In this document: positions 42,283 to 53,019 of the stretch, one piece after another
How positions within the stretch are numbered: the first letter of the stretch is position 1
Layout of the letters: the number at the start of each line of letters is the position of its first letter
Virus record (IMG/VR): IMGVR_UViG_3300033388_002430
Coordinates: 1,997-65,996 of that record
Length of the DNA stretch: 64,000 bases
Origin: a virus
Taxonomy: Duplodnaviria; Caudoviricetes
Direction: 5' to 3' (one strand)
The notes under the pieces: model-generated
Seen by the model: only the letters and a program-made list of their open reading frames with translations
What the model was told of the DNA's origin: nothing
The model's database searches: none
Made by a program: the position numbers and the translations under genes

Positions 42283-42856
42283 TAGTGTAACAATTCCTTT
42301 TGGAATAAAGACCAGTCATACATGGCATGAAGTGGGTGCAATTTTTAGGGTTATTAATAATTATAAAATAGAGTTCTTTGTAGAGCTAGGAACATATCAA
42401 GGAGGATTATTATCATTACTCAACGCTCGTAGTAGATATGATAATAAATTTAAATGTATAAGTTTTGAGAATAATGTTGGAATGATACACCCAAAATCTT
42501 ATTCTGAACTTGCAAATATTATTATAATTGGGGATTGTCAGAGTGCAGAACATGTACAAATGGTTAGAGATAAAATATCTTCCCATCATAAATCTATTAT
42601 TTATTGTGATAATGGTAATAAGGTGAAAGAAGCAGGACTTTATGCTCCTGTACTAAAATCTGGAGATATTTTACTTATCCATGATTATTTACATGATTGG
42701 GCTGTACGGGATATTCCGAATTATGGAGAAATAGATTTTCCTACACCAGAAGTATTTGCAAAGGATTTGGATTTCTTATTTGATGACTTATCATTTGAAA
42801 TACTTCCAGAAGAATATTTGAGGGGAACTAGAATTATGGGATTTGAAAAGATATGA
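42275..42856 (+). CDS. class I SAM methyltransferase (CmcI-like)
   Basis: VELGTYQGG, CDNG, GD..LIHD. Confidence 0.75.
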   Translation: MIDSVTIPFGIKTSHTWHEVGAIFRVINNYKIEFFVELGTYQGGLLSLLNARSRYDNKFKCISFENNVGMIHPKSYSELANIIIIGDCQSAEHVQMVRDKISSHHKSIIYCDNGNKVKEAGLYAPVLKSGDILLIHDYLHDWAVRDIPNYGEIDFPTPEVFAKDLDFLFDDLSFEILPEEYLRGTRIMGFEKI

Positions 42857-43557
42857 AAGTAATTGTGATTGTTCGTACTAGAGAGGAAGAAAAAAACATA
42901 GAGCGATTTTGTATGAATTATCAATGGGCAGATCAAATTCTTGTGGCTGATGGTGGAAGCAGAGATGATACTGTGAAGACTGCTAAGAATATGCCTAAGA
43001 CCTTTGTAAAATCTTTTCATGTTAGGAAGCAGATGGAAAATGGTCTTTGGAGAAATCCAGAGGCAGATCACCTTAATTTCCTTGTTTATTGGGCAGAGAG
43101 ATGTGGGGCTGATTGGATCATATTAGATGATTGTGATTGTTTTCCTAATCATAAGTTAAAGCAAAATGCTAGAACATTGTTAGAAACAACACAATTTGAT
43201 TTTGTATATGCGGTTCGTTTGTATCTTTGGAAAGGTAATACTCATTTTCCTGATATGGCAAAACCTGGAAAGAAACATGATAAATGGGAAGCATCTCTTT
43301 GGGCTTGGAGAGCTAATTTAGGGCTAAGATTTGAAGATACTGATATGGCCTATACATGGGAACCAAAAGTTGATGAATCTTTTTTACGATTAGACCTGAT
43401 GCCCCCGTACTGCCTACTACATACGTCATGGCAAGACGAGGATATTCTAAGAAAAAAATTAAATTTCTATCATAAATCTGGACAAATCCCAAATATCAAG
43501 TATCCTCTGGACTACGCTGGACATATTGAGGATTTACCAGATTGGGCATATGAGTGA
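42853..43557 (+). CDS. glycosyltransferase family 2
   Basis: RT.EE, DGGS.D.T, LDDCD. Confidence 0.85.
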   Translation: MKVIVIVRTREEEKNIERFCMNYQWADQILVADGGSRDDTVKTAKNMPKTFVKSFHVRKQMENGLWRNPEADHLNFLVYWAERCGADWIILDDCDCFPNHKLKQNARTLLETTQFDFVYAVRLYLWKGNTHFPDMAKPGKKHDKWEASLWAWRANLGLRFEDTDMAYTWEPKVDESFLRLDLMPPYCLLHTSWQDEDILRKKLNFYHKSGQIPNIKYPLDYAGHIEDLPDWAYE

Positions 43558-43565
43558 GGTAATAA

Positions 43566-44105
43566 ATGAACTTAGTTGAGATTAGGAAAATAGCCGAAGA
43601 AATAAGAGATGCTGGACATGGTTATGATTATTTTCTTCAAAAGTTAATATCATTTTATAATTTCAGGACTGTTTTGGAATGTGGTACAGGTGGTGGGGGA
43701 AGCAGTATGAGAATGAGTGAGGGAAATGATGATGTATCAATTATTACTATTGATAGAACTTTACATCCAACGACAAGAGAACATTTGATTAAACATTTTC
43801 CAAACATTGCAATAGTAGAGGGAGACACTGGAGTAGTTGTGGAGGAAGTAGAAAAACTTTTATCTGGAAGAACAGTAGATTTATTATTTCTTGATTCTAC
43901 TCATGATGGGGAGACTGCTAAAAGAGAATTTGATCTTTATTCCAAATATTTATCTGATATTGCATTAGTAACAGCTGATGATATTTCACTTTCTCCTCCA
44001 ATGGAAGATTTTTGGGTTTCTATGATTGGAGAGAAAATAGACTTTTTATATTTGCATCCTCAACATCATGCAGGGTTTGGAGTCTCTATAATTAGAAATG
44101 AGTAG
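43566..44105 (+). CDS. class I SAM methyltransferase (Methyltransf_24-like)
   Basis: LECGTGGGGS, LFLDSTH, ADD. Confidence 0.8.
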   Translation: MNLVEIRKIAEEIRDAGHGYDYFLQKLISFYNFRTVLECGTGGGGSSMRMSEGNDDVSIITIDRTLHPTTREHLIKHFPNIAIVEGDTGVVVEEVEKLLSGRTVDLLFLDSTHDGETAKREFDLYSKYLSDIALVTADDISLSPPMEDFWVSMIGEKIDFLYLHPQHHAGFGVSIIRNE

Positions 44106-44805
44106 ACTTTTATTGACTTCATTACATAAATCTGGAACTGCTATGCTGACTCAGGCAATTGGAGATGGTCTAGTATTCAATGGTATGGTAGATTGGAAAG
44201 ATAAGCATCCACATCCGTATTGTATTGAACAATTCGATAATTTTGATCGTTTTGCTAGAGCACATATGCCTCATGCTTCGGAGTATGTAGAGATTTTTAG
44301 GGAAAAAGGAATTAAAACAATTTTCTTATATAGAGATCTTAGAGATACTATTGTTAGTTGGGCTTATTGGATTGATAAAATAAAAGATTATAAAGGGTGG
44401 ATAAATTTAGAAATAGATCAAGGAAAAGTACGACTAGAAGATTTAAGTATTCCAAATAGAATAAATGCTATTTTAGATGTTGCTGAAAAGAATTATTCTA
44501 GATATGTAGGATGGTTAGATACTCCAGATGATATTGTTTTCAAATTATGTTATGAAGATATGAGAGATGACAGAGAGAAAACATTTCTAACATTAATTGA
44601 GTGGATGGGGAAAGACTTAGCAGATAAAATGGGCTGTCCTATTCCAGGGGTAATGATAAATAGAATAGACCCCCAAAATTGCAGTACGTTTAGGCATGGG
44701 ATAATCGGAGACTGGAAAAATCATTTCACGGAGGAAAATATAGAATTATTCTGGACAACTTGTGGGTATTTAATGGAGAAATTTGGCTATGAGAAATTAT
44801 CATAA
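44098..44805 (+). CDS. PAPS-dependent sulfotransferase
   Basis: KSGT 5'-PSB loop, RDLRDTIVS 3'-PB motif, FR.G..GDWKNHF. Confidence 0.9.
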   Translation: MSRLLLTSLHKSGTAMLTQAIGDGLVFNGMVDWKDKHPHPYCIEQFDNFDRFARAHMPHASEYVEIFREKGIKTIFLYRDLRDTIVSWAYWIDKIKDYKGWINLEIDQGKVRLEDLSIPNRINAILDVAEKNYSRYVGWLDTPDDIVFKLCYEDMRDDREKTFLTLIEWMGKDLADKMGCPIPGVMINRIDPQNCSTFRHGIIGDWKNHFTEENIELFWTTCGYLMEKFGYEKLS

Positions 44806-45442
44806 TTTTGATAAATACTTAAATAATATCTATTCTGATATTTATGAGCAGCCACCGGATGATGGGCATACCTTATTTGCATCAGTGGCAATTAATTGGG
44901 CAAATCAAAATTCTAATATCCAAAATGTTTTAGATGTTGGATGTGGTCAAGGATTTTGTCGAAACTTATTTATAGATAAAGGTGTACCGTGGAGGGGCAT
45001 AACCACTGGAAAAGATTATACGATTTGTCAAAGAATGGGATTTCCCGTAATGGACAATCCGGTCACTTTCCTAGACTTGAAAGATGATGAAGTAGACACT
45101 GTGTTTGCTAGACATATCTTGGAACATTCCCCATTTCCCATTCTTACTCTGATGGAATGGAAAAGAGTTTCTACCGGAGACCTAATTCTGGTCTATCCCG
45201 CATATGAGTATTGGGGAGTAGGTGGAAGAAATCATTATTATGTGCTGGATAAAGAAAGACTCTGGTATAATCTAACTAGGGCAGGTTGGTGGCCTATACA
45301 TGAAAGATCTCTTATGACTACTGATCCATTATTTGATAGTCAGTATCCCTCTAGAGAGTCTAATAAAGAGAAATATCCCGGCGCACCTAGACCTGTGGAG
45401 TATTGGTACATATGTAAACAAGGTGAGGAAAGGATAGATTAA
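44783..45442 (+). CDS. class I SAM methyltransferase
   Basis: LDVGCGQG, RHILEHSP. Confidence 0.85.
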   Translation: MAMRNYHNFDKYLNNIYSDIYEQPPDDGHTLFASVAINWANQNSNIQNVLDVGCGQGFCRNLFIDKGVPWRGITTGKDYTICQRMGFPVMDNPVTFLDLKDDEVDTVFARHILEHSPFPILTLMEWKRVSTGDLILVYPAYEYWGVGGRNHYYVLDKERLWYNLTRAGWWPIHERSLMTTDPLFDSQYPSRESNKEKYPGAPRPVEYWYICKQGEERID

Positions 45443-45443
45443 T

Positions 45444-46220
45444 ATGACAGAAATGGTAAATATTGTTATCCCAGCTTGGAATGATTTTGAGTTCTTAACA
45501 CCGTGTTTAGAATCAATTCCAAAGGCTTGTCAAGACAATTCATTCTTTATTACGATTGTGGATAATGGAAGTGATAAGGCTAAAGCAGATAAATTTTATG
45601 GATATTTGAAAGATGAGGATTATATTCATGTCCATAGGAATAAAGAGAATATGGGTTTTCCTATTGCTTGTAATATAGGGGCAAAGAGAAAAGCATCTCC
45701 ACTTATTTTCTTTCTCAATGCTGATGTTGTTTTATACGAACATGCTATTGATAATCTTATAATGAGCATGGATGATCCAGAAGTCGGAATTGTGGGAATG
45801 AAATTATTATTTGCAGAAAACTCTCCACATGGACCAAATGGAAGGATTCAACATGCTGGACTAGCTATGGGTATTCGTGCTAATCCATATCATTTATTTC
45901 TAGGTTGGACAGAGGATAATCCTAAAGTAGTTGCTATGGATAATGCTTGGGCTGTTACGGGTGCGGCTCTGATGATAAGGAGAAGTTTATGGAATAAAGT
46001 TGGAGGATTTGATGAACAATATAGTCCGGGAACCTACGAAGATCTATCGTTATGCTTGACTATAAGTGAGTTAGGGTATAAAATTAAGATAAATATGGAA
46101 GCTGTTGGTACGCATCATGTTGGGCATTGTAAAGCTCAATTCCCACTAAATAGGAATCATCAAATATTTATGTCTAAATGGGGACAAAAGGTGAAATGGA
46201 ATGAATACAAATATCTCTGA
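45444..46220 (+). CDS. glycosyltransferase family 2 (rhamnosyltransferase-like)
   Basis: VDNGS, N.GF...CN.G, FLNAD, TGAAL, GGFDE, YED. Confidence 0.9.
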   Translation: MTEMVNIVIPAWNDFEFLTPCLESIPKACQDNSFFITIVDNGSDKAKADKFYGYLKDEDYIHVHRNKENMGFPIACNIGAKRKASPLIFFLNADVVLYEHAIDNLIMSMDDPEVGIVGMKLLFAENSPHGPNGRIQHAGLAMGIRANPYHLFLGWTEDNPKVVAMDNAWAVTGAALMIRRSLWNKVGGFDEQYSPGTYEDLSLCLTISELGYKIKINMEAVGTHHVGHCKAQFPLNRNHQIFMSKWGQKVKWNEYKYL

Positions 46221-46451
46221 AAATCAAAAAGAAGAAAAAGTAAGAAGTTATATTCATATCGAATTTACTGAGGCTGGATCAGCATTATTTGATTTAGGAA
46301 TAGAGAACGTATCTCCTAATCAGATCTCAGCGGCAATTGGTTATTTAGATGCTTATTCTAGAGTATTTTATACTGACCAAATAGTTGCAAATTTGAGGGC
46401 GGCACAGGAACAGAAACTCTCTGTTCCAAAACCGAATATACAGGTAGCTAA

Positions 46452-47126
46452 ATGAGAGCCATAACATATCCGTACAATTATCCAATTATCCTAAATGATG
46501 CTGATTTCATTACTTATGGTGGAGAAACTGGAACGTCTACTCAAGCACAGAGGACAGCCGCTTATATGGCGGCGGAGAAGAGAGTAACTGCTTTTCTAAG
46601 AACCTTTTTGCTCCCAACAACCGTAACTGGAACATATTTTATTGATCCAATGCGGAATTTGGTAACGGAGTATGGATATGTTCATAGTGTTAATTCTGTA
46701 ATTGTTCGGGCTAGAGATTTTAGTAGTTCATGTGGTATCACAGAAACATCTAAATGTGCATATATTCGAGACGATGGATATGGTGTTTTGGATGTTAATT
46801 ATCTTGGATCTTTCTGTGGATGTGCCGATGCTTATGGTGCTTATCAAGTAGAGATATCATATACAGCAGGACTATCCACTGGAACAATCAATCAACCGGA
46901 TTATCTTGCATATCTCGTAGCATTAGCAGATATTCATCTAAAAGAGATCAGTGGTGATGGGGGTAATGAGGGAGTTGGAGATATAGGTATTCAATCATTT
47001 GGTGAGGATGGATATTCTGAGAAAAGATTCCCACTCAAAAATACTACACTTGGAAACTCTGCAAGAACTCAATGGATTGCAAATGGATTAATGGCACTGA
47101 GAAAATCAAGAGGTATCTATTTATGA
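46452..47126 (+). CDS. head-tail adaptor
   Basis: Position; V.I.YTAG and I.S...DGYS motifs. Confidence 0.65.
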   Translation: MRAITYPYNYPIILNDADFITYGGETGTSTQAQRTAAYMAAEKRVTAFLRTFLLPTTVTGTYFIDPMRNLVTEYGYVHSVNSVIVRARDFSSSCGITETSKCAYIRDDGYGVLDVNYLGSFCGCADAYGAYQVEISYTAGLSTGTINQPDYLAYLVALADIHLKEISGDGGNEGVGDIGIQSFGEDGYSEKRFPLKNTTLGNSARTQWIANGLMALRKSRGIYL

Positions 47127-47509
47127 CCGCTGGTCTAAATGTTCGATTCGATGTGTTTCGGATGGAAAGTGTTATAGATGATGAGGTTGGTGGAGCACAG
47201 GTCACTGGAACATTGATTTATAATAGAATACCCGGAAGATTAACCGAAGAAAATCCAGAATTATTGGTGCTTCAGCAGGGATTAGAAACTACAAAGATAT
47301 TTACAGCACGGCTCTTAGATCAAAAACCAATTGGTATGGATATTCGAGAGCGGGATGAATTAGAGATTATAGAGCCATATAATCATTATTACAAAGATGA
47401 TCGGTTTAGAGTTATTGGTACTCCCAGAGTTAGTATTCATCCAAGTGACAGACGAGCCACATTACGTATGAATGTTACTAGGAGTGTAAGGGCACATGCC
47501 AATCAATAA
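47123..47509 (+). CDS. head-closure protein
   Basis: DDEVGG, I.ERD.L motifs; synteny. Confidence 0.6.
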   Translation: MTAGLNVRFDVFRMESVIDDEVGGAQVTGTLIYNRIPGRLTEENPELLVLQQGLETTKIFTARLLDQKPIGMDIRERDELEIIEPYNHYYKDDRFRVIGTPRVSIHPSDRRATLRMNVTRSVRAHANQ

Positions 47510-47987
47510 TGAGATATTGGCAGGATTAACCAGAGCGGCATTTATTTTTGCTAAAGAGGTACGAAATAATCTTAGAAGAGGTAAATATCCTGATGAGATT
47601 ACTAAAGGCATCAAGGTAGACTCTGCTAAAGCATCTGGTGATGGTGCAAGTATTGAGATCGTATTCGATGCTCCTATGGCAAGAGCATTTGAGATAGGAT
47701 CTGGGGAACATGGGCCAGAGAGAGAAAAGTATGAGATTAGACCTAAGAGTGGTAAGGCTCTGGCGTTTGAATGGGATAAGACTCCAGCAGGGCCAGGAGA
47801 GAAATTCATAGGCAGTCTCCCAGATGGGAGGTTAATGTTTAGATTTGTGGATCATCCTGGTATTGAGGCTAGACCATATATTGAGCCAGCACTTATAGAT
47901 AAAAATGAGGAGATGAAAAAAGCTATAGGAGCATCATTTATAGCAATAATTGGTCGAGGACAGAAAAAGCGAGTAGTGTTAAAATGA
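47496..47987 (+). CDS. neck protein (HK97 gp10-like)
   Basis: A.AFE.G, V.HPG..ARPYI.PA. Confidence 0.7.
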   Translation: MPINNEILAGLTRAAFIFAKEVRNNLRRGKYPDEITKGIKVDSAKASGDGASIEIVFDAPMARAFEIGSGEHGPEREKYEIRPKSGKALAFEWDKTPAGPGEKFIGSLPDGRLMFRFVDHPGIEARPYIEPALIDKNEEMKKAIGASFIAIIGRGQKKRVVLK

Positions 47988-48400
47988 CTCAGATGGTTCA
48001 TAACAATACAGTACAAAAAGCACTCGTAGCTTATGCGAAATCTAAGGCTACTATTCTTGCTAAATTAGACGATGCCGATGAGATTCGGGAAGATCAGTGG
48101 CAAGGAAGAGAATTTTCTTATCCAAATATTAGAGTAAGAATTACTAGAAATGAGCCAAATAATTCGTGTCATCAAGATGTTGAGTTTTCCTTTCAAATAT
48201 TTTCAGAGGAAAGTTCTTCTAAGCAAGCAGATGATATTTGTGGTACAATAAATGATGAGTTTCATGATAAAAGTTTTAGTCAAAGTGGCGTAAGGTTCAC
48301 AGGTGTAATATGTCAAAATCTATCACCAGCTATGAGAGTAGATCAGAGGACTTGGAGATCGGAAGCGTTCTTCAAAGCGATAGTAAGTCCAGTAAGCTAA
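47984..48400 (+). CDS. tail terminator
   Basis: YP.I.V and FQIFS pattern; synteny. Confidence 0.65.
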   Translation: MTQMVHNNTVQKALVAYAKSKATILAKLDDADEIREDQWQGREFSYPNIRVRITRNEPNNSCHQDVEFSFQIFSEESSSKQADDICGTINDEFHDKSFSQSGVRFTGVICQNLSPAMRVDQRTWRSEAFFKAIVSPVS

Positions 48401-48662
48401 GATCTAAACCTAAATCTAAACCTGCTAGTAAGACTGTATCTAAACCTACAACTGTGTTGGTAAAGCTACTCAAAAATTCTACATATAAAATTGTAGGTGA
48501 AAGCGGCAAACAGTATGTATTTCAAGGTTCTGGATCAGTTCTTGCAGTTGAGAAAGAAGATATAAAAACACTTATGGAGAAAAATAACAATAGACCAAAT
48601 TCTTGTTGTTCAGGAACTCTTGGTAATAAGATATTTGAATTAGTTAGTAAGGAGTAAAAATT

Positions 48663-49295
48663 ATGGCAATGACGACAGGGACTCCAGGTGGTTCAATCAC
48701 GACCTCTGAGGATATATATTTAGAGGGTGCACCTACATTATATATTCAGGATCATGAGGCCGATCCACTAAATAACCCGGATAGTGACGGATTTTATTGG
48801 GGATTAAGCGGAACCAGTGTATATCCTGCAATTGAGATCGGATGTGTTACTGATGTATCTCTGGGTGAAGATATCACTATGAATGATGTGCTTTGCGATA
48901 ACGTAGGAGTAAAGGATACGTTACAGCAACGAAACTACGTAGAATTTAGTTTCACCGTACAATCCTTCTTCCCCTTCGATGTGCTTACTGAAATCCTTAA
49001 GGGTGGAACAGTAACAGAAAATGCTGTAGAACATACACAGAAGTTTGGTTTGGGCAAGATTGATAATGCTCAAAAGTGGATGGTCTATGCTCCGAAGGTC
49101 TATGATGAATCTGTGGGAGACTATGTTGTGATCCATCTTCATAAAGCAAAGTTTGTAGATGCTTGGGAGATCAGCATGCCATTTGGTTCTCCGTGGCAAG
49201 CAACAGGTATCCTTTTGAGAGGATTCGCAGATACGGATAAACCTTCTGCACAGCAATTTGCTACACTTATCAGAGCAGATGCTTCGGTAATCTAA
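48663..49295 (+). CDS. major tail tube protein
   Basis: Strong RBS, 210 aa, precedes chaperones and tape measure. Confidence 0.7.
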   Translation: MAMTTGTPGGSITTSEDIYLEGAPTLYIQDHEADPLNNPDSDGFYWGLSGTSVYPAIEIGCVTDVSLGEDITMNDVLCDNVGVKDTLQQRNYVEFSFTVQSFFPFDVLTEILKGGTVTENAVEHTQKFGLGKIDNAQKWMVYAPKVYDESVGDYVVIHLHKAKFVDAWEISMPFGSPWQATGILLRGFADTDKPSAQQFATLIRADASVI

Positions 49296-50196
49296 TGGGT
49301 AAAAGGGCCACATTATATGAGTGGCTTCAAATAGAAGAGATTAAAGAAAATTTATTCTCAGCAGTAGAAGATAGACGAAATGATGAGTTTTTAGATCATC
49401 TATATCTTTATCTTTCTACTGCTGTAGATAAGGAAAAGGATTGGTCTGATATTCCATGGATAAAACTCCGAGATTTATTTGTGGAAACCGAAGAAGCAAA
49501 TGCTCCGACCAAGCCTTTTCCTATTTTATTTAGTCGTAAGGATAATAAACCTGGGTGGGGATATGTGGGCAGAACGTGGTATTTCTGGCTAAACATATTT
49601 GCTTATAATTACGGCTGGAAAATTGAATATATAAAACAATTAGATATTGATGATGCGATTGCTTTATTACAGGAGATACTGCTGGATGAGCAGAGAAATC
49701 GAGATTTTATTTGGTCTACTGCTGAAGTAGCATATGAATATAATGCTAACACCAAGAAATCTAAATTCAACGCATTGGATAAGCCTGACTGGATGGGAAT
49801 AGGATTTTCTATTGATAAAGAAGAGCCAAACGAGAAAAAGATTAAGATTAGAAGAGATTTCTTACCAGTTGGTAGAATAGTTTCTTGGAATAGGAAATGA
49901 TTAACATAGAAAAAGGACTAGAATTATATCTAAAATTATCTCCATATCTTCCAGAAGATTCTGAGGATATGTCATCCCTTGATTATTTACAAAGTATTTT
50001 TTCTAAAATAAAAGATGGAAATCCACGAGATTATGTAGACACACTGAAAATTATGTATGATCTAACTATAAAAGATCTTAAGAAATATTCTACGGAAGAA
50101 ATCCTTGAGATGTTTATAGAAGGTCTAAAAGAAAATAAATTCTTTAGTCTATGTACCTTTTTAGGGTCTTTTGGATATGGCAAACAAACAATCTGA
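49295..50196 (+). CDS. two putative tail assembly chaperones (49295-49900, 49897-50196)
   Basis: Synteny between tube and tape measure. Confidence 0.5.
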
Positions 50197-52663
50197 TGAA
50201 GAATATGTTGTAAAACTCTCTGTTGAAACAGATGAAGCTCTTTCTGCTATAAAAAAGTGGAGAGAGGAGGTTGATGCGACTAAGAAGGAACTATTAGAAT
50301 TACGAAATTTATCTAAAGAACCACTTAAAACTGTAGCTAAGGGATTTTTAGATGCAAAAGATTCAGCACAGATGTTTGGAGAAGAACTTAAGCGTGTTAA
50401 ACAGGCCACATCTGCGGCGGTTCAAGAAATTAATGCAGAAGATAGAGCACTAGAAAAAACCAATCAAACTATGGGGGAATCTACGGCCCAAACTAAAGGG
50501 TTTGGTACAGTAATCCAAACCGCATTTGGATTTTCTTTAGGTACAATTGCTGTAAAAGCTATACGGAAATTTATTGCTGTTCTACGAGAGGGAATGGAAG
50601 CCGCTGGTGAGTTCTCTATGGATGTGGCTAGATTAGAAGTAAATCTTAGAGCATTTCAAAGAACTGGTGGAGATCTACAATTCTCTGATATGATTAATTT
50701 AATGGAAGATTTGAGGGAACAATATAAAATCTTCTCTGAGCAAGAGATGGTATCTGCTACTCAAGAGATACTTCATTGGGGCAGACAACTAGATTTAACT
50801 GGTCAGCAAGTAAAAGACCTTCTTGCTGTTTCTACACAGATGTCTGTTATTATGGGACAAGACTTACCTACATCAATTCGACAGGTAACTACAGCGGCGA
50901 TTACCGGAAGAACACAGAGTTTACGTCCATATGGTGTAGCCTTAGACGGAACAAAAATTAAAACATTGGCATTGGAACAGGGATTAATCGGAGTAGGAGA
51001 AGAGCTTACTAATAATGATAAATTAACAATTATTCTTCAAGCAACACAAAAAGTTCTTAATGAAACTGCTGGAGAAACTGTAGAGATATTGAACAATCTT
51101 GGTGGATCTCAGAAAATAGTTTCTATTGCATGGCAAAACCTTAAGAAAGATATGGCTGAGGGTTTTGCTCCAGCCGCAAAAATAGTACTTGATTGGGTGG
51201 GTAAACTTATTGAGGGATTTAATGCGTTTGTAAATACATATAAAAAAGTCAGTATATTTCTAAACACATCTTTAGTAGTCTCCCTTAAAGGAGCCACAGT
51301 AGCGTTTCAAAACTTCTGGAACGCTGTAAAAGGGAGTGATGAAAGAATAGATTTTGATTTCTTTGATGAATTTGATAAGAGATTCAAAGAGCTAGAGAAA
51401 AGATTTTTCCCATTAGAAGGCTTAATAAATGAAGATATTGGAGCAGAGGATATTTTTCCAGTTTTAGATCCTAATGCTGTGGAAGATACTGGAGAAGATA
51501 TAGTTAATAAATATAAAGATTTAGGTATTAAGATTAGAGAAACACTTATTGATGAGCAGGATAAGCTAGAAGAAGCTGAAGAGAATCATTTAGAAAAATT
51601 AGATGAATTAAATGCGAGATATTTAGAGAATAAAGAGCAGTCAGAAATAAAGCATGATAATGATATTGCACAGATCAATCGAAAATTTAATGATGAATTA
51701 GCAGATAAAAATGATGATTTTAGAGATAGAGAATTGGGTGCAGAAGAAGATTTTCAGGAAAAACTTAGAAAATTACGAGAAGATTTTCTGCTTGATCTTG
51801 AAGATGCTCTTAGAGAGCGAGATGCTAAACAAGTATTATCTCTAATCAGACGATTTAATCTTAGAGAGAAACAACTCAAGCGTCAAGAAGATATTAATAA
51901 GAAGCAAAGAGCACGAACATTCCAAGATCAGATATCAGATATAAAACGTAGACGAGATATACGGATTAGAGAGGCTGAATTTGAGTTTGCTGAAAGACGG
52001 GCATTGGCTCAACGAGACCATAATTTCCAAACAGCACTGGAAAATCAAAGGTTTGAACAAAGAAAAGCGGACATTATGGAAGAAACTCAGATAAGAATAG
52101 ATGAACTTATTCGTAGATTTGAGGATGAAGCCGCTATTACTGAGGATGGTGCTAAACAAGTACGAGATATTTTACAAGAATATTTTGGTGCTGGTGGTGA
52201 AACAGATAAAATTTATAATCATCTAATATCAAAAACTGCTGGCACTCTTAGTGCGGTTTCTACTATGATTTCTATGATGGCACAACAACTTGCATCTATA
52301 GGTGGTACTCCAATGGCAGAGCAGGCTGATTTTATAAAAGCAGAGTCAGAAATGGCTTGGAGAGATTGGATGCGAAATAGTGCTAAAGGTAAATCTGGCA
52401 CAGGATTTGCAGAGGGTGGAACTTTACTTGCTATGAAACCCACAACTGTCCAATTCGGTGAGAAAGAGCCTGAAATAGCCACATTCTCTCCCTTGAGCAG
52501 GATAGGTAGGAATGAGGGCAAGACATTTGTAAACGGTAATGGATCTGGTGGTGGTAATAGCAAGGTTCAGATCGAACTATTACTTTCACAGGATTTGATT
52601 GCAAGAACTGAGAATAAAGTTCTTTCTGGAGCCGCTGAGATCATTATGAGGAAAAGTAGATAA
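50177..52663 (+). CDS. tape measure protein
   Basis: Long helical/coiled-coil protein; C-terminal FAEGG...GE.EPE motif. Confidence 0.85.
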   Translation: MANKQSDEEYVVKLSVETDEALSAIKKWREEVDATKKELLELRNLSKEPLKTVAKGFLDAKDSAQMFGEELKRVKQATSAAVQEINAEDRALEKTNQTMGESTAQTKGFGTVIQTAFGFSLGTIAVKAIRKFIAVLREGMEAAGEFSMDVARLEVNLRAFQRTGGDLQFSDMINLMEDLREQYKIFSEQEMVSATQEILHWGRQLDLTGQQVKDLLAVSTQMSVIMGQDLPTSIRQVTTAAITGRTQSLRPYGVALDGTKIKTLALEQGLIGVGEELTNNDKLTIILQATQKVLNETAGETVEILNNLGGSQKIVSIAWQNLKKDMAEGFAPAAKIVLDWVGKLIEGFNAFVNTYKKVSIFLNTSLVVSLKGATVAFQNFWNAVKGSDERIDFDFFDEFDKRFKELEKRFFPLEGLINEDIGAEDIFPVLDPNAVEDTGEDIVNKYKDLGIKIRETLIDEQDKLEEAEENHLEKLDELNARYLENKEQSEIKHDNDIAQINRKFNDELADKNDDFRDRELGAEEDFQEKLRKLREDFLLDLEDALRERDAKQVLSLIRRFNLREKQLKRQEDINKKQRARTFQDQISDIKRRRDIRIREAEFEFAERRALAQRDHNFQTALENQRFEQRKADIMEETQIRIDELIRRFEDEAAITEDGAKQVRDILQEYFGAGGETDKIYNHLISKTAGTLSAVSTMISMMAQQLASIGGTPMAEQADFIKAESEMAWRDWMRNSAKGKSGTGFAEGGTLLAMKPTTVQFGEKEPEIATFSPLSRIGRNEGKTFVNGNGSGGGNSKVQIELLLSQDLIARTENKVLSGAAEIIMRKSR

Positions 52664-52664
52664 A

Positions 52665-53015
52665 ATGCCATATAAGATTAATGGAGTACAATTACTAATA
52701 GAACCAACGGCAGGGAAATGGTCTCCTAGAGATCAGTTTGGGATAGATGGAAATGGTCATTCTATTTATTCTTCTGTTAGACAATTTGAGATCAATTTTG
52801 GTTTCCTCACACCGGAACAGCAGAACCAACTTCAAGGATTTTTCAATTCTGTTATAACTACTGGTACTGCTGTGGTTGAGCTTCCCGAATACGGTGCATC
52901 TACCTATGTGTTCAAATCTTATTCTGGTTGTGTGCTTAGAGAACCAGAGCAGGGTCAGTACTTTATTGAGAATATTGCAGAAACCACACTATTAATTACA
53001 AATATATCTACATAA
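52665..53015 (+). CDS. distal tail protein
   Basis: Directly after tape measure; Y.ING start. Confidence 0.6.
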   Translation: MPYKINGVQLLIEPTAGKWSPRDQFGIDGNGHSIYSSVRQFEINFGFLTPEQQNQLQGFFNSVITTGTAVVELPEYGASTYVFKSYSGCVLREPEQGQYFIENIAETTLLITNIST

Positions 53016-53019
53016 TATT

